40,144 nucleotides of DNA from Chloroflexota bacterium (GCA_030611745.1 JAUWPF010000001.1:1-40144), one strand, 5' to 3'. Counted from the stretch's first letter, positions 10,179 through 19,692 are shown. Made by a program: numbers and translations. The notes: generated by a model not told the origin, from the letters alone.

Positions 10179-11201
10179 TTAAATTATCTCCGTCCTGACT
10201 GCTTCTAGGTGCCAGAAGCTTTCCATCCGGCCAGAGTCAATCACGCCGCACAGGGCATGATTTATCACATCTATGCCGACCTCAGCCGCTGCTGCCACCG
10301 GATTCAGCCCGTCGCTGAGTATCATTCCCACCTTGTTCGGCGCTACCGGAAACTCACATAGCGGCTCACTTATTCCACCAAGCATGACCAGACCTCTTAC
10401 TAGTGTTGCCTGTAACTGGTCAATAACTGTCTCCGCTTGTGGTCGAGCTAAAGCCGGGAGCTCCCAGAAGCTAGCCAGCATCTTGCCCTCACCCCCTTTG
10501 ACTACTCTGCCCACACTGGTCATCCTGCTAGCAATAAATACTTCAGCCGGGTCCAGAGAGCAACCAGCATACTCAATGAGGTCAACAAAGCGTAAGGGCT
10601 TATGATGTCGAACCTGGAGTATACCTCCGAATTTAGAATCCACCGAGATGCCCGCCTTGAGCAAAGCAGCACTGACCACAATGCTGGATACCGTAGCCAG
10701 GCCTACCCTGCCCTGGGGCACAATCACTTCTCCCAATCTTTCCCCTTCATAAGCCACAGCTACCAGGTTACTGAGACAAAGGTTGACTTCAAATGCCTCC
10801 TTCATTACTCTTATAGCTTGGCGGAATTTTTCTCCAGGGAAAAGGGATATGCTGACAGGAATATTTCCACTACCCTTCTTCGAGTCAAAAGAGGTCTGGT
10901 AAGCCAGCATCTGGATTCTGGCAGTCACTGAACCTACCCGGTCACCAATCAGAGCACTGCCAAGTTCTTCAAACCCTGATGGGGTAATTAATCGGCCATC
11001 TCTTCTGCCCGCAGGGCAGGTAAGCCCTCGTTCATCCATCAGTTTGAGATGATACCTGACTGCCCTCTCTCCCAGGTCAATACCCAGGTTACCTAGCTGA
11101 CGGGAGATGACTCTGCCCCCCAGTGGCTGCGGAGAAGCGCTGAGAACCTTCAGAATCGCTATCACTTTCCTCTCTACACCTTGGGTTTCTTGACCTATCA
11201 T
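10179..11201 (-). CDS. NrpR-type nitrogen regulatory repressor homologue (wHTH plus one DUF128/NrpR domain)
   Basis: 340 aa. The N-terminal wHTH signature GERAVRYHLKLMDERGLT followed by GRLITPSGFEELGSALIGDRVGSV matches my recollection of methanogen NrpR. Nitrogen-gene context. Pfam PF01995 not run. Confidence 0.75.
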   Translation of the reverse strand: MIGQETQGVERKVIAILKVLSASPQPLGGRVISRQLGNLGIDLGERAVRYHLKLMDERGLTCPAGRRDGRLITPSGFEELGSALIGDRVGSVTARIQMLAYQTSFDSKKGSGNIPVSISLFPGEKFRQAIRVMKEAFEVNLCLSNLVAVAYEGERLGEVIVPQGRVGLATVSSIVVSAALLKAGISVDSKFGGILQVRHHKPLRFVDLIEYAGCSLDPAEVFIASRMTSVGRVVKGGEGKMLASFWELPALARPQAETVIDQLQATLVRGLVMLGGISEPLCEFPVAPNKVGMILSDGLNPVAAAAEVGIDVINHALCGVIDSGRMESFWHLEAVRTEII

Positions 11202-11215
11202 GCTTTATCACCTTC

Positions 11216-11977
11216 TTAATAGGCAAAAAGTCGTCCGTAAGGTCGGAGCCAGCGGGGGAAGAGTTTTATGAAGTTATGCTTTAGTATCCCCTTAGCTTTG
11301 TAGCCGAAATGAGCGGCAAACTCACCAACGAATTTCTGAAGAATCTGGTAGTCCTTCTCTTCCAGCTCGGCAACGCCCACCTCCTTGCCTAACTGGTAAT
11401 CCTCGATGATCCCTCTCAAATAAATCACGCCGCCGTGCATTCCGGTGCCGATAAATTTGGCTTTGTGGCGTTCCTCTTCCGTCAGGTTAAGACCTAGTAG
11501 AATCAGGATGCCGCCCGCCATGTACTCGCCGGGGAAGTCCTGGGCGGTGCCGCCGATGACCACTACCGGCTTCTTATTGCCGTACTCCTTCATATGGATG
11601 CCGGCTCGATAGCCAACGTCATCACGGACAAAGATTCTACCTCCCCTGGCGGACAAACCAAGAATATCCCCGGCATGCCCGTGAACAATTATCTCTCCCT
11701 CATTCATGGTATTCCCACAGCCATCCTGAGCATTACCGTGTACAGTAATCCTCGGGCCATCCATGAAGGCTCCCAGGTCGTTGCCGGGGGTACCAAAGAC
11801 TTCAATGTTTACCGGCTTACCCAGGTCAGTCCCGATGTACCTCTGCCCGTAGACGTTGCGGAGCTCGATTTTGCTGGTGCCGTTGGAGGTCATATCTCTC
11901 AGTCTGGCGTTAAGCTCCCGATAGGAAACGCCGCTGGCATCTATTTTCATTACCCGATTAGTTTCTTTCTGTGCCAT
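11216..11977 (-). CDS. glutamate synthase GXGXG (GltB C-terminal, domain 3-like) subunit
   Basis: 253 aa with repeated G-x-G beta-helix motifs (VFGTPGNDLGAFMDGPRITVHGNAQDGCGNTMNEGEIIVHGHAGDILG). 1 nt downstream of the FMN-domain gene. Confidence 0.85.
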   Translation of the reverse strand: MAQKETNRVMKIDASGVSYRELNARLRDMTSNGTSKIELRNVYGQRYIGTDLGKPVNIEVFGTPGNDLGAFMDGPRITVHGNAQDGCGNTMNEGEIIVHGHAGDILGLSARGGRIFVRDDVGYRAGIHMKEYGNKKPVVVIGGTAQDFPGEYMAGGILILLGLNLTEEERHKAKFIGTGMHGGVIYLRGIIEDYQLGKEVGVAELEEKDYQILQKFVGEFAAHFGYKAKGILKHNFIKLFPRWLRPYGRLFAY

Positions 11978-11978
11978 C

Positions 11979-13484
11979 TTAGCTTCCTGCCATCCTGACC
12001 CCCAGGATTTCGAGTTCAGTATCGGTAAGTCCGATACCCCTCAAGTGCAAACGATTGCCACGCAGGCTTTCCAGGGCATTAATGCCCATACCACCCAATA
12101 TATCCTTTAATTCGAGGCTCCACCCGCGAAGGAGGTTGGCCAGCCTGCGGGCACCGATGTCAGGATTGACCCGCTTGGTCAGAGCCAGGTCAGTAGTGCA
12201 GATACCCCAGGCACATTTCCCGGTATGGCACTGCTGGCAGACGTGGCAGCCCAGGGCTACCAGGGCCGCAGTTCCAATATAGATGGCATCGGCACCCAGG
12301 GCGATTGCCTTAGCCACATCGCCGCTATTTCTTATTCCGCCCGAGACCACGATAGACGCCTGGTTGCGTATGCCCTCCTGCCTCAGGCGGCTATCCACCG
12401 AGGCCAGTGCCATCTCAATAGGGATGCCGACATTGTCACGGATAACCTTGGGGGCGGCACCGGTGGCTCCCCTCAGTCCGTCGAGGACGATAATGTCAGC
12501 ACCGGCCCGCACCATACCGCTGGCAATAGCCGCTGAGTTGTGGACAGCGGCAATCTTTACCGATACCGGTTTTGTATAGTTGGTTGCCTCCTTTAAGGCA
12601 TAGATAAGCTGTGACAGGTCCTCAATGGAGTAGATGTCGTGCTGCGGGGCCGGCGACAGGGCATCGGTTCCCTGGGGAATCATCCGCGTTAGTGATACCT
12701 CGGTGCTCACCTTTTCCCCGGGAAGGTGCCCACCGATACCGGGCTTTGCCCCCTGGCCAATCTTAATCTCAATCACCTGAGCGGCGTCCAGGTACTCAGG
12801 ATGGACACCGAAGCGCCCTGATGCCACCTGGACGATGGTGTTACTCCCGTATTGATATAAGTCGGGGTGAAGCCCTCCCTCGCCGGTATTCCACAGGGTT
12901 CCCATTTCCGTAGCTGCCCGGGCGAGAGACTTATGTACGTTAAGGCTCACCGCGCCGTAGGACATAGCGGTAAACATGACCGGGACTTCTAGTTTGACCT
13001 GAGGCGCCAGCTCTGTTTTCAGGCAGTGTGAATCCGGCTCAAGCTCTACCCGGTCGCTTTTTCGCCCCAGATAGGTAGTAAGCTCCATCGGCTCCCGCAG
13101 TGGGTCAATGGATGGATTGGTTACCTGACTGGCATTTAGAACAAGGTGGTCCCAGTAGATGCGCTGGCCCTTATCATTACCCATCCCGGTGAGGAGTACT
13201 CCCCCCGTCTCCGCTTGCTTGATGATATCCTCAATAACCTCAGGCCGCCAGTTATAGTTCTCCCGGTAGTCCATGGGATTCCGGCTGATAGTTATTGCCC
13301 GGGTAGGACAGAAGAGCGCGCAGCGATGGCAGCCAACGCAGTTCTCCTCACGGCTCCTCACCTCGTCATCCTCGGCATCGTAGTAGTGAACATCGAAAGA
13401 GCACTGGTTGACGCACACCTGACACTGGATACACCGTTCAGGGTCTCGTTCTATTAAAAATTTAGATGGTAGGTAGGTCTTCAC
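11979..13484 (-). CDS. glutamate synthase FMN/synthase-domain subunit with N-terminal 2x[4Fe-4S] ferredoxin domain (archaeal type)
   Basis: 501 aa. N-terminus has CIQCQVCVNQC and CVGCHRCALFCP. Core has the GltB domain-2 motifs EIKIGQGAKPGIGGHLPG and SGGIRNSGDVAKAIALGADAIYIG, plus C-terminal cluster cysteines CHVCQQCHTGKC. Confidence 0.9.
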   Translation of the reverse strand: MKTYLPSKFLIERDPERCIQCQVCVNQCSFDVHYYDAEDDEVRSREENCVGCHRCALFCPTRAITISRNPMDYRENYNWRPEVIEDIIKQAETGGVLLTGMGNDKGQRIYWDHLVLNASQVTNPSIDPLREPMELTTYLGRKSDRVELEPDSHCLKTELAPQVKLEVPVMFTAMSYGAVSLNVHKSLARAATEMGTLWNTGEGGLHPDLYQYGSNTIVQVASGRFGVHPEYLDAAQVIEIKIGQGAKPGIGGHLPGEKVSTEVSLTRMIPQGTDALSPAPQHDIYSIEDLSQLIYALKEATNYTKPVSVKIAAVHNSAAIASGMVRAGADIIVLDGLRGATGAAPKVIRDNVGIPIEMALASVDSRLRQEGIRNQASIVVSGGIRNSGDVAKAIALGADAIYIGTAALVALGCHVCQQCHTGKCAWGICTTDLALTKRVNPDIGARRLANLLRGWSLELKDILGGMGINALESLRGNRLHLRGIGLTDTELEILGVRMAGS

Positions 13485-13495
13485 TGGACTCCTTT

Positions 13496-14263
13496 TTAGC
13501 TTCGTATCGGTATTCCCTTTTTCGCCAGATATTCCTTGGCCTCCCGGATAGAGTAAGTTCCATAATGGAAGATGCTGGCTGCCAGAACTGCATCCGCCTT
13601 GCCTGAAACCAGAGCCTGGTAAAGGTCTTCCAGGGTGCCGGCACCGCCACTGGCAATAACCGGCACACTCACTGCCCCGGAGATAGCGCGGTTAAGCTCA
13701 ATGTCATATCCCGCTTGATGTCCATCGGCATCCATACTGGTAAGCATCAGTTCCCCCGCCCCGAGTGCTACTGTCTCCTTTGCCCAGTCGAGGGCGTCGA
13801 TGCCGGTTGCTTTCTGACCGCTATAGATATAGACCTCCCACTTAGGCTCTTGACTGCTCTCTACCCGTTTGGCATCTATGGCGACCACGATGCACTGGCT
13901 GCCGAATTTTTCGGCGCCTTCTCTAATTAGCCGGGGATTGAGCACGGCTGCTGTGTTTATCGAAACCTTATCTGCCCCTGCCCCCAGCATACGCCGCATA
14001 TCATCAATGCTGCGCAGTCCGCCACCTACGGTAAGTGGCATAAACACATTCTCAGAGATGCGCTCAACCACATCTGCCATGGTGTCGCGTCCCTCAGGGG
14101 TAGCCGTTATATCCAGAAAGACCAGTTCGTCAGCGCCCTCCTCGTAATAGAAGCGGGCTAGCTCTACCGGGTCGCCGGCATCACGCAGCTGGACAAAGCT
14201 CGTTCCTTTTACCACCCGCCCCCCTTTCACATCAAGGCAGGGGATAATCCTTTTAGTTAGCAT
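13496..14263 (-). CDS. hisF: imidazole glycerol phosphate synthase cyclase subunit
   Basis: 255 aa, canonical HisF throughout ([20 protein letters not shown]...LVFLDITAT...VIASGGAG...). Overlaps the stop of the upstream amidotransferase-domain gene by 11 nt. Confidence 0.95.
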   Translation of the reverse strand: MLTKRIIPCLDVKGGRVVKGTSFVQLRDAGDPVELARFYYEEGADELVFLDITATPEGRDTMADVVERISENVFMPLTVGGGLRSIDDMRRMLGAGADKVSINTAAVLNPRLIREGAEKFGSQCIVVAIDAKRVESSQEPKWEVYIYSGQKATGIDALDWAKETVALGAGELMLTSMDADGHQAGYDIELNRAISGAVSVPVIASGGAGTLEDLYQALVSGKADAVLAASIFHYGTYSIREAKEYLAKKGIPIRS

Positions 14264-15404
14264 CCGACGTTACCTCTTCACCGATAGTTACCGGCTGTGG
14301 CTGAGGTGATGTTCCCAGCCTTCCCACAATAGGCTCACCGCCCATCGGAATCCATGCCCTGTCCAGGTCGGGACAGATGAGACGGATAGCCGACTCTTCG
14401 GACGAAAGGTATAACATGTCACCCTTCACCCCGACGGTAAGGGGACGGAGTCTAACGCGGTCAGTAAGCCCGATCATCTCACCGTGATGGGCAATAATTA
14501 CCGTGAAAGGCCCGTTTAAGAGCAGACTGCCATATACCTGACGCAGCGTCCGGAGCAGCTTCTGCTCCCCCGGAGGACAGCGCTCAATATCATTCCAGAA
14601 GGGAGGAGCCAGCACCCTGGCCGCAATCTCGATGGGAAGTCCGTGTTTCCGCACCAGCAGGTCAACAGCATAAGCCACCACCTCAGTATCGGTCTGCAGG
14701 GTACAGCGATAGCCAAATTGCTCCAGATAGCGCCGGTTTATTCCGTAGGATGAAATCTCACCGTTATGGACCACAGTCCAGTCCAGAAGACCAAACGGGT
14801 GAGCCCCACCCCACCAGCCAGGGGTATTGGTAGGAAACCTACCGTGGGCCGTCCACAAGTAGCCTTGATATTGCTCCAGGCAGAAATAGGCGGCTATCTC
14901 CTCAGGGTAACCCATGCCCTTAAACACTGCCATATCCTTGCCGCTGGAAAAGACAAAGGCATCACCAAGCCTGGTGTTTATTTCCATCACCCTGTCGGCG
15001 ACATAGTTATCCTCTGATTGCTCTTCGGGCTTGTGTCGGCCTACCCCAAGAAAGTAGCGCCAGACCGCTGGCGGCTGGATAATCCCCGATGTCAATCGTG
15101 TCGGCACTTCCTCGGCATAAGCCAGGTCAAACCTGTCTTTAAGAAAGGCCTCCACTTCCCGTTGTCCCTCCCGGCTTAGATACATTACATGGAGGGCATA
15201 GAAGTCAGCATATTTCGGATATAATCCGTAGATAGCAAATCCCCCGCCCAGGCCATTACCCCGGACATGCATATTGGCGATAGCCCTGATAATACCCTCC
15301 CCGGAGAACCTCCCTCCCGAGGTATCCATTACTCCAAACAGGGAACAGGCATCAATTACCTTGTCGTCGTGGTAAGGGTTATTAACCTGTCCGATATCTC
15401 TCAT
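14253..15404 (-). CDS. glutamate synthase glutamine amidotransferase (class II/Ntn, GltB domain 1-like) subunit
   Basis: 383 aa. Candidate catalytic Cys at position 20 ([12 protein letters not shown]), implying a propeptide or a later start. Motifs [33 protein letters not shown] and [11 protein letters not shown] are typical of GATase type 2. Confidence 0.85.
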   Translation of the reverse strand: MRDIGQVNNPYHDDKVIDACSLFGVMDTSGGRFSGEGIIRAIANMHVRGNGLGGGFAIYGLYPKYADFYALHVMYLSREGQREVEAFLKDRFDLAYAEEVPTRLTSGIIQPPAVWRYFLGVGRHKPEEQSEDNYVADRVMEINTRLGDAFVFSSGKDMAVFKGMGYPEEIAAYFCLEQYQGYLWTAHGRFPTNTPGWWGGAHPFGLLDWTVVHNGEISSYGINRRYLEQFGYRCTLQTDTEVVAYAVDLLVRKHGLPIEIAARVLAPPFWNDIERCPPGEQKLLRTLRQVYGSLLLNGPFTVIIAHHGEMIGLTDRVRLRPLTVGVKGDMLYLSSEESAIRLICPDLDRAWIPMGGEPIVGRLGTSPQPQPVTIGEEVTSDAN

Positions 15405-15428
15405 CGTCGTCGTCCTCAGAATAGAGTC

Positions 15429-16769
15429 CTACTCTCCCATGACCATCTCTTCAGCCTGCTCAAGGGGAACCGAGGAGGCCAACCCTGAAGGTGGTATCTC
15501 CAGCCCGGGTCGCCATATTTCTTCAGGGAGAGAGGCGAGGCCGAAATCGTCAGCCACAAGTTCTTGTTTGAAACCATCGGCATTTATCTTGTCCTTCATC
15601 AGACCAAAGACTATGCCCGATTTCTCAATATCACCAACAAAGACCATTCCCACCACCAGCCCGTCCTTTAACACCACCTTCCTGTAGATATAGTCATACT
15701 TCCTGCTGAGTACCTCGTAGCTATCATCAGGAGGGGTTACCACACCGGCAGAAACGGCATCCAGTCCGAAGTATCTCATGGAGTTCATCGCCGTCCCACC
15801 GGGATATTCAGTTGGGATACCAGCCATATTAAAGCCGGCAGTCCTTCCCCCGATACAGGCATTGGGCCAAACAGGGGTGAGCCGGTTCTCGCCATAGGCA
15901 AAATCATAAGCCTCAGCCACATCACCACAGGCGTAGACATCAGGGCTGGATGTGACCATGTGGCGGTCAACTATTATGCCCCGATTTACCTTTATCCCGG
16001 TGCCGGACACCAGCCCGGTGCGTGGCACAACACCAATAGCTATTACCACCAGGTTACACGGAGTCCTGCTCCCGTCATCCAGGAGGACCCCCTTTACCGG
16101 ATGCTCGCCTGATATTTCAACCACGGTACGACCGGTCAGGACTTCAACCCCGGCCTGCCTGAGTGTTTCCTCTTCTAAAGCTGATGCCTCTTCATCAAGG
16201 ATGGTATTCAAAATCCGCTCTTTCATCTCCACAACTCTAACTCGAGCCCCCCGCCTCACCAGTGCTTCGGTCACACTTACCCCGATGAGACCGCCACCGA
16301 TGACTACGGCCTCTACTGCTCTTTCCGGCAATCGGCTTAGGAATCGGTCAATCGCTTTAGCATCATCAAGGGTGGTAAAGGTGAAGACCCCATTGAGGTT
16401 AGTGCCCTTTATTTCGGGGATAACAGGCAAGCCACCGGTGGCAAGCAGCAGCTTCTTCCAGGTTATTCTCTCTCCATCCTCCAGTTCAGCAACGTGCTCA
16501 CCAATATCGAGATGCTTTACCTTCCTGCCCAGGTGAGTCTGGATATTGTTATTTTCATAGAAGCCGGCGGGGCGAAACAGCATTCTTTCCAGGGGGCGCC
16601 CCTCGGCCAGGTACTCCGAGATGAGCGGCCGGGAGTAGACAGGATAGGGCTCGTCGGCAATAATGGCAATCATCCCAGCTTTGTCCACCCCGCGGATAGC
16701 TTCAACTGCACCGATGCCCCCGGAGGAGTTCCCGATAATCAGGTATTTTACTTTCTCTGTCCTGGCCAT
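15429..16769 (-). CDS. FAD/NAD(P)-dependent pyridine nucleotide-disulfide-family oxidoreductase
   Basis: 446 aa with two Rossmann motifs (YLIIGNSSGGIGAVEA; AVVIGGGLIGVSVTEAL) and the FAD motif YACGDVA. Resembles NirB-N/rubredoxin-reductase-type enzymes. No CxxxxC redox disulfide seen. Confidence 0.8.
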   Translation of the reverse strand: MARTEKVKYLIIGNSSGGIGAVEAIRGVDKAGMIAIIADEPYPVYSRPLISEYLAEGRPLERMLFRPAGFYENNNIQTHLGRKVKHLDIGEHVAELEDGERITWKKLLLATGGLPVIPEIKGTNLNGVFTFTTLDDAKAIDRFLSRLPERAVEAVVIGGGLIGVSVTEALVRRGARVRVVEMKERILNTILDEEASALEEETLRQAGVEVLTGRTVVEISGEHPVKGVLLDDGSRTPCNLVVIAIGVVPRTGLVSGTGIKVNRGIIVDRHMVTSSPDVYACGDVAEAYDFAYGENRLTPVWPNACIGGRTAGFNMAGIPTEYPGGTAMNSMRYFGLDAVSAGVVTPPDDSYEVLSRKYDYIYRKVVLKDGLVVGMVFVGDIEKSGIVFGLMKDKINADGFKQELVADDFGLASLPEEIWRPGLEIPPSGLASSVPLEQAEEMVMGE

Positions 16770-16785
16770 TTCATCCCTGCCGTAT

Positions 16786-17412
16786 TTACTGATTGCCTGC
16801 TCCTGCTGCCAGAGCCAGCCTTAAGAAATTGTCATAAATCTTGAGTCCGACCTCCCCGCTCTTTTCCGGGTGAAACTGGGTCGCTACCAGGTTTTCTCGA
16901 GCGATGATACTGCAAAACGGAATGCCATAGTCGGTCTCACCAGCTGCCAGGGATTTATCCTCCGGCTCCACATAGTAGCTGTGAACAAAGTAGAAGTTGG
17001 CTCCATCCGGTATGCCGGAAAATATGGGATGAGGAGACTGCTGCCTTACCTGATTCCACCCCATGTGCGGAATCTTTTGCCCCGGGGGGAGCTTGCGCAC
17101 TCGCCCGGGAATGATGCCGAGGCACTCGTGCCAGCCACCTTCTTCGGTGCCGGTAAGTAGGACCTGGAGTCCGATACAGACGCCGAGGAAGGGGCGTTCC
17201 TCAGCAATGAATTGACGAATCGCGCTCACCAACCCCAGTGTCTTAAGGTTTTCCATAGTATCCGCGGCGGCACCAACTCCAGGCAGGATAACCGCTTGAG
17301 CATTAAGCACATCAGCGGGGTCGCTGGTTATCTTCGGGTAGTGGCCTAGCCTGGTGATAGCGTTGGCCACACTTCGCAGATTACCGGCGCCGTAATCGAT
17401 TATGGCAATCAC
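16786..17412 (-). CDS. hisH: imidazole glycerol phosphate synthase glutamine amidotransferase subunit
   Basis: 208 aa, canonical HisH (MIAIIDYGAGNLRSV, GVCIGLQVL nucleophile, FHPEKSG). Confidence 0.95.
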   Translation of the reverse strand: MIAIIDYGAGNLRSVANAITRLGHYPKITSDPADVLNAQAVILPGVGAAADTMENLKTLGLVSAIRQFIAEERPFLGVCIGLQVLLTGTEEGGWHECLGIIPGRVRKLPPGQKIPHMGWNQVRQQSPHPIFSGIPDGANFYFVHSYYVEPEDKSLAAGETDYGIPFCSIIARENLVATQFHPEKSGEVGLKIYDNFLRLALAAGAGNQ

Positions 17413-17449
17413 TTTATTCCCGTCCCTTCCGAGTTTCTAGCATCAAATA

Positions 17450-17887
17450 TCAGACCTCGGCGTATATCAGTGCCTCATTAGGGCAAGCAGTAACACACGC
17501 CGGCACATCTTCTCCCGGACACAGGTCGCATTTGACAATCCTTCTTTGCTCTGTATCCCGCTTTATGGCACCAAACGGGCAAGCTAATATGCACGTCCAG
17601 CAACCAGTACACCTTTCCTCATCCACACTGATGATGCCGCTCTCCGGGTCCCTCTGGAGGGCCCCGGTAAGGCAGGCAAAAACGCAGGAGGGCTCCGCGC
17701 AATGACGACACTGCACGGCAAAGGAAACCGGTTTTCCCCCCTCAACCCACAAACGCGGCAAAGGTCGGGGTGATTCCCTTTTGAAAGCCTTGATTAAGTC
17801 TTTCGTTTGGGAGTGTTCTACCTGGCAATATACCTCGCAGAGGTGGCAGCCAATACAGGCCTCTTCCTTCACAAAGACTCTATTCAC
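17450..17887 (-). CDS. 4Fe-4S polyferredoxin-type protein
   Basis: 145 aa with four Cys clusters (CIGCHLCEVYC; CRHCAEPSCVFAC; CTGCWTCILACP; CDLCPGEDVPACVTACP). GTG start with GGAG about 10 nt upstream. Confidence 0.85.
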   Translation of the reverse strand: MNRVFVKEEACIGCHLCEVYCQVEHSQTKDLIKAFKRESPRPLPRLWVEGGKPVSFAVQCRHCAEPSCVFACLTGALQRDPESGIISVDEERCTGCWTCILACPFGAIKRDTEQRRIVKCDLCPGEDVPACVTACPNEALIYAEV

Positions 17888-17978
17888 TTAAGTCACTCCT
17901 TACGTAACGCTCGACGCCAGCTTCTCAGCCGGAATAATCGCTAACCAAAAAGTATGTGTACGCCTCTGATAGAGGTAT

Positions 17979-19655
17979 TTATTCGTAGGTTCTAATCCTA
18001 TGAGAAGTGACCGGGTAACTAGTAATTGAACCGAAGGCGTAACTATCACCAAGCCCGTTATGACGACCCTCGAGAATATCTATTGCTTCTTCCCGGTAAG
18101 CATTCATAAGATAAGGGATACCAGTAACCTTGGCACATTCCTCAGTAAGGGACATCAAGTCACCACGGCGAATTGCCGGCGTACTGAAGCGCCGGGCGCC
18201 AGCCATTATCTGTTGTAGTCCCACCCTTATCTTTTCGCAGTAGCTGTATATTCCAATCGCCCCCATCGGGATGTTCTTGATCTCTTCAGAACCGACCAAG
18301 TCCTTGACGTCCTCGTAGCAAATAAAAATCTCCTCTGGTGTTGAGCCGAATTGACTAACAGTACTGGGCAATTTACCGCTTTTAATCCACTGGTCAATAT
18401 TTTTGCCAACCATACCCGGGATCATTAACGCGCGTCCCATACATATCGCCTTAACAAAGGGTGCGCCCAGAGCCAGCGCCTTGAAGACGCCATCCTCACT
18501 ACTGAAACCACCAGCAAAGGCAATATCAGGCACCCGTTCGCCCCGATGGGCAAGCTTATTAGCGAAATCATAGGCCGCCGAGTGTAAATAGAGGCTGGGT
18601 ATACCCCATTCCTCCATCATGCGCCAGGGGCTCATTCCGGTACCACCGCCAGCGCCATCTATTGTCAACAGGTCGACTTTGGCTTTTGAGCTCCACTTGA
18701 TTGCCATTGCCAGCTCGCGCAGGCTGTAGGCACCTGTTTTCAGCGTGATGCGTCTGAAGCCCAGGTCACGCAGACGTTCAACCTCGGCATAGAATGCTTC
18801 CTCGTCAATAAAGCCGAGACGGCTGTGACGCTCAAACTCCTTGAGTGAACCGTCCTCAAATGCTGCCTTGTTTATGGGGTGCGATGGGTCAGGGGTAACG
18901 ATATAGCCCCGTCTTTGCAGTTCCAAGGCTCTTTCCAGGCTGTCTACCTTTATTTCCCCCCCGATGCATTTAGCACCTTGACCCCATTTCAACTCGATAG
19001 TGTCCAGACCGTGCTTTCGGCTGACATACTCAGCAACGCCCAGCCGTGTATCCTCCAGATTCATCTGCACCAGAATTTCACCGTAACCGCGGTGGTAACG
19101 ACGGTAGGTCTCAATACGGCGGTCCATATCTGGGGCTGAAATAATCTTTCCGTTTCTGTCCAGTTCAAGCCCTGGGTCAATACCGCAGACGTTTTCGCCG
19201 CAGACAAGGGTAATCCCGCTCAGAGCAGCGCCGACGGCAAAATGTTCCCAGTTCCTGCGGGCTATCTCCGTAGAGCCCAACGCTCCGGTAAATATCGGTA
19301 TGGTCATCCTGACCTTGCTGTCCCAGCCATATTCTGTCTCGGTATTCACGGTTGGGAAGATGGCCGTGTCCGGGTTGCCGACAACACCCTCAGGTAGACC
19401 CTCAGCACCCAGAGCATAGCCCTGGATATTTAGGTGCGAGTAATCAATGGGATAATTCTTGTCGCCGCCGGCAGTAATATCACCGAAGGGTTCGGGATAG
19501 ATAAGCTCGCGGCTACGGAACGAGGCCTTGAATACCTCGCAGTTTCCGGTGCAGCCGTCAATGCACCGAGTGCATAATCCGCTCATCGGCACTACACTCT
19601 TAGAGCGATTGGCGGTCCTGGTGGCATCATTGGCATTTGGTCTCTGTAAGTTCAT
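17979..19655 (-). CDS. FMN-binding glutamate synthase (GltB domain 2)-family protein, second paralogue
   Basis: 558 aa. N-terminal Cys cluster CTRCIDGCTGNCEV. Core ELKWGQGAKCIGGEIKV and IDGAGGGTGMSPW resemble the GltS FMN domain. The substrate cannot be assigned from sequence alone. Confidence 0.8.
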   Translation of the reverse strand: MNLQRPNANDATRTANRSKSVVPMSGLCTRCIDGCTGNCEVFKASFRSRELIYPEPFGDITAGGDKNYPIDYSHLNIQGYALGAEGLPEGVVGNPDTAIFPTVNTETEYGWDSKVRMTIPIFTGALGSTEIARRNWEHFAVGAALSGITLVCGENVCGIDPGLELDRNGKIISAPDMDRRIETYRRYHRGYGEILVQMNLEDTRLGVAEYVSRKHGLDTIELKWGQGAKCIGGEIKVDSLERALELQRRGYIVTPDPSHPINKAAFEDGSLKEFERHSRLGFIDEEAFYAEVERLRDLGFRRITLKTGAYSLRELAMAIKWSSKAKVDLLTIDGAGGGTGMSPWRMMEEWGIPSLYLHSAAYDFANKLAHRGERVPDIAFAGGFSSEDGVFKALALGAPFVKAICMGRALMIPGMVGKNIDQWIKSGKLPSTVSQFGSTPEEIFICYEDVKDLVGSEEIKNIPMGAIGIYSYCEKIRVGLQQIMAGARRFSTPAIRRGDLMSLTEECAKVTGIPYLMNAYREEAIDILEGRHNGLGDSYAFGSITSYPVTSHRIRTYE

Positions 19656-19692
19656 TTTCTTTCCTCCTCTTTATTAAGTGGTCTTTTTCTAG

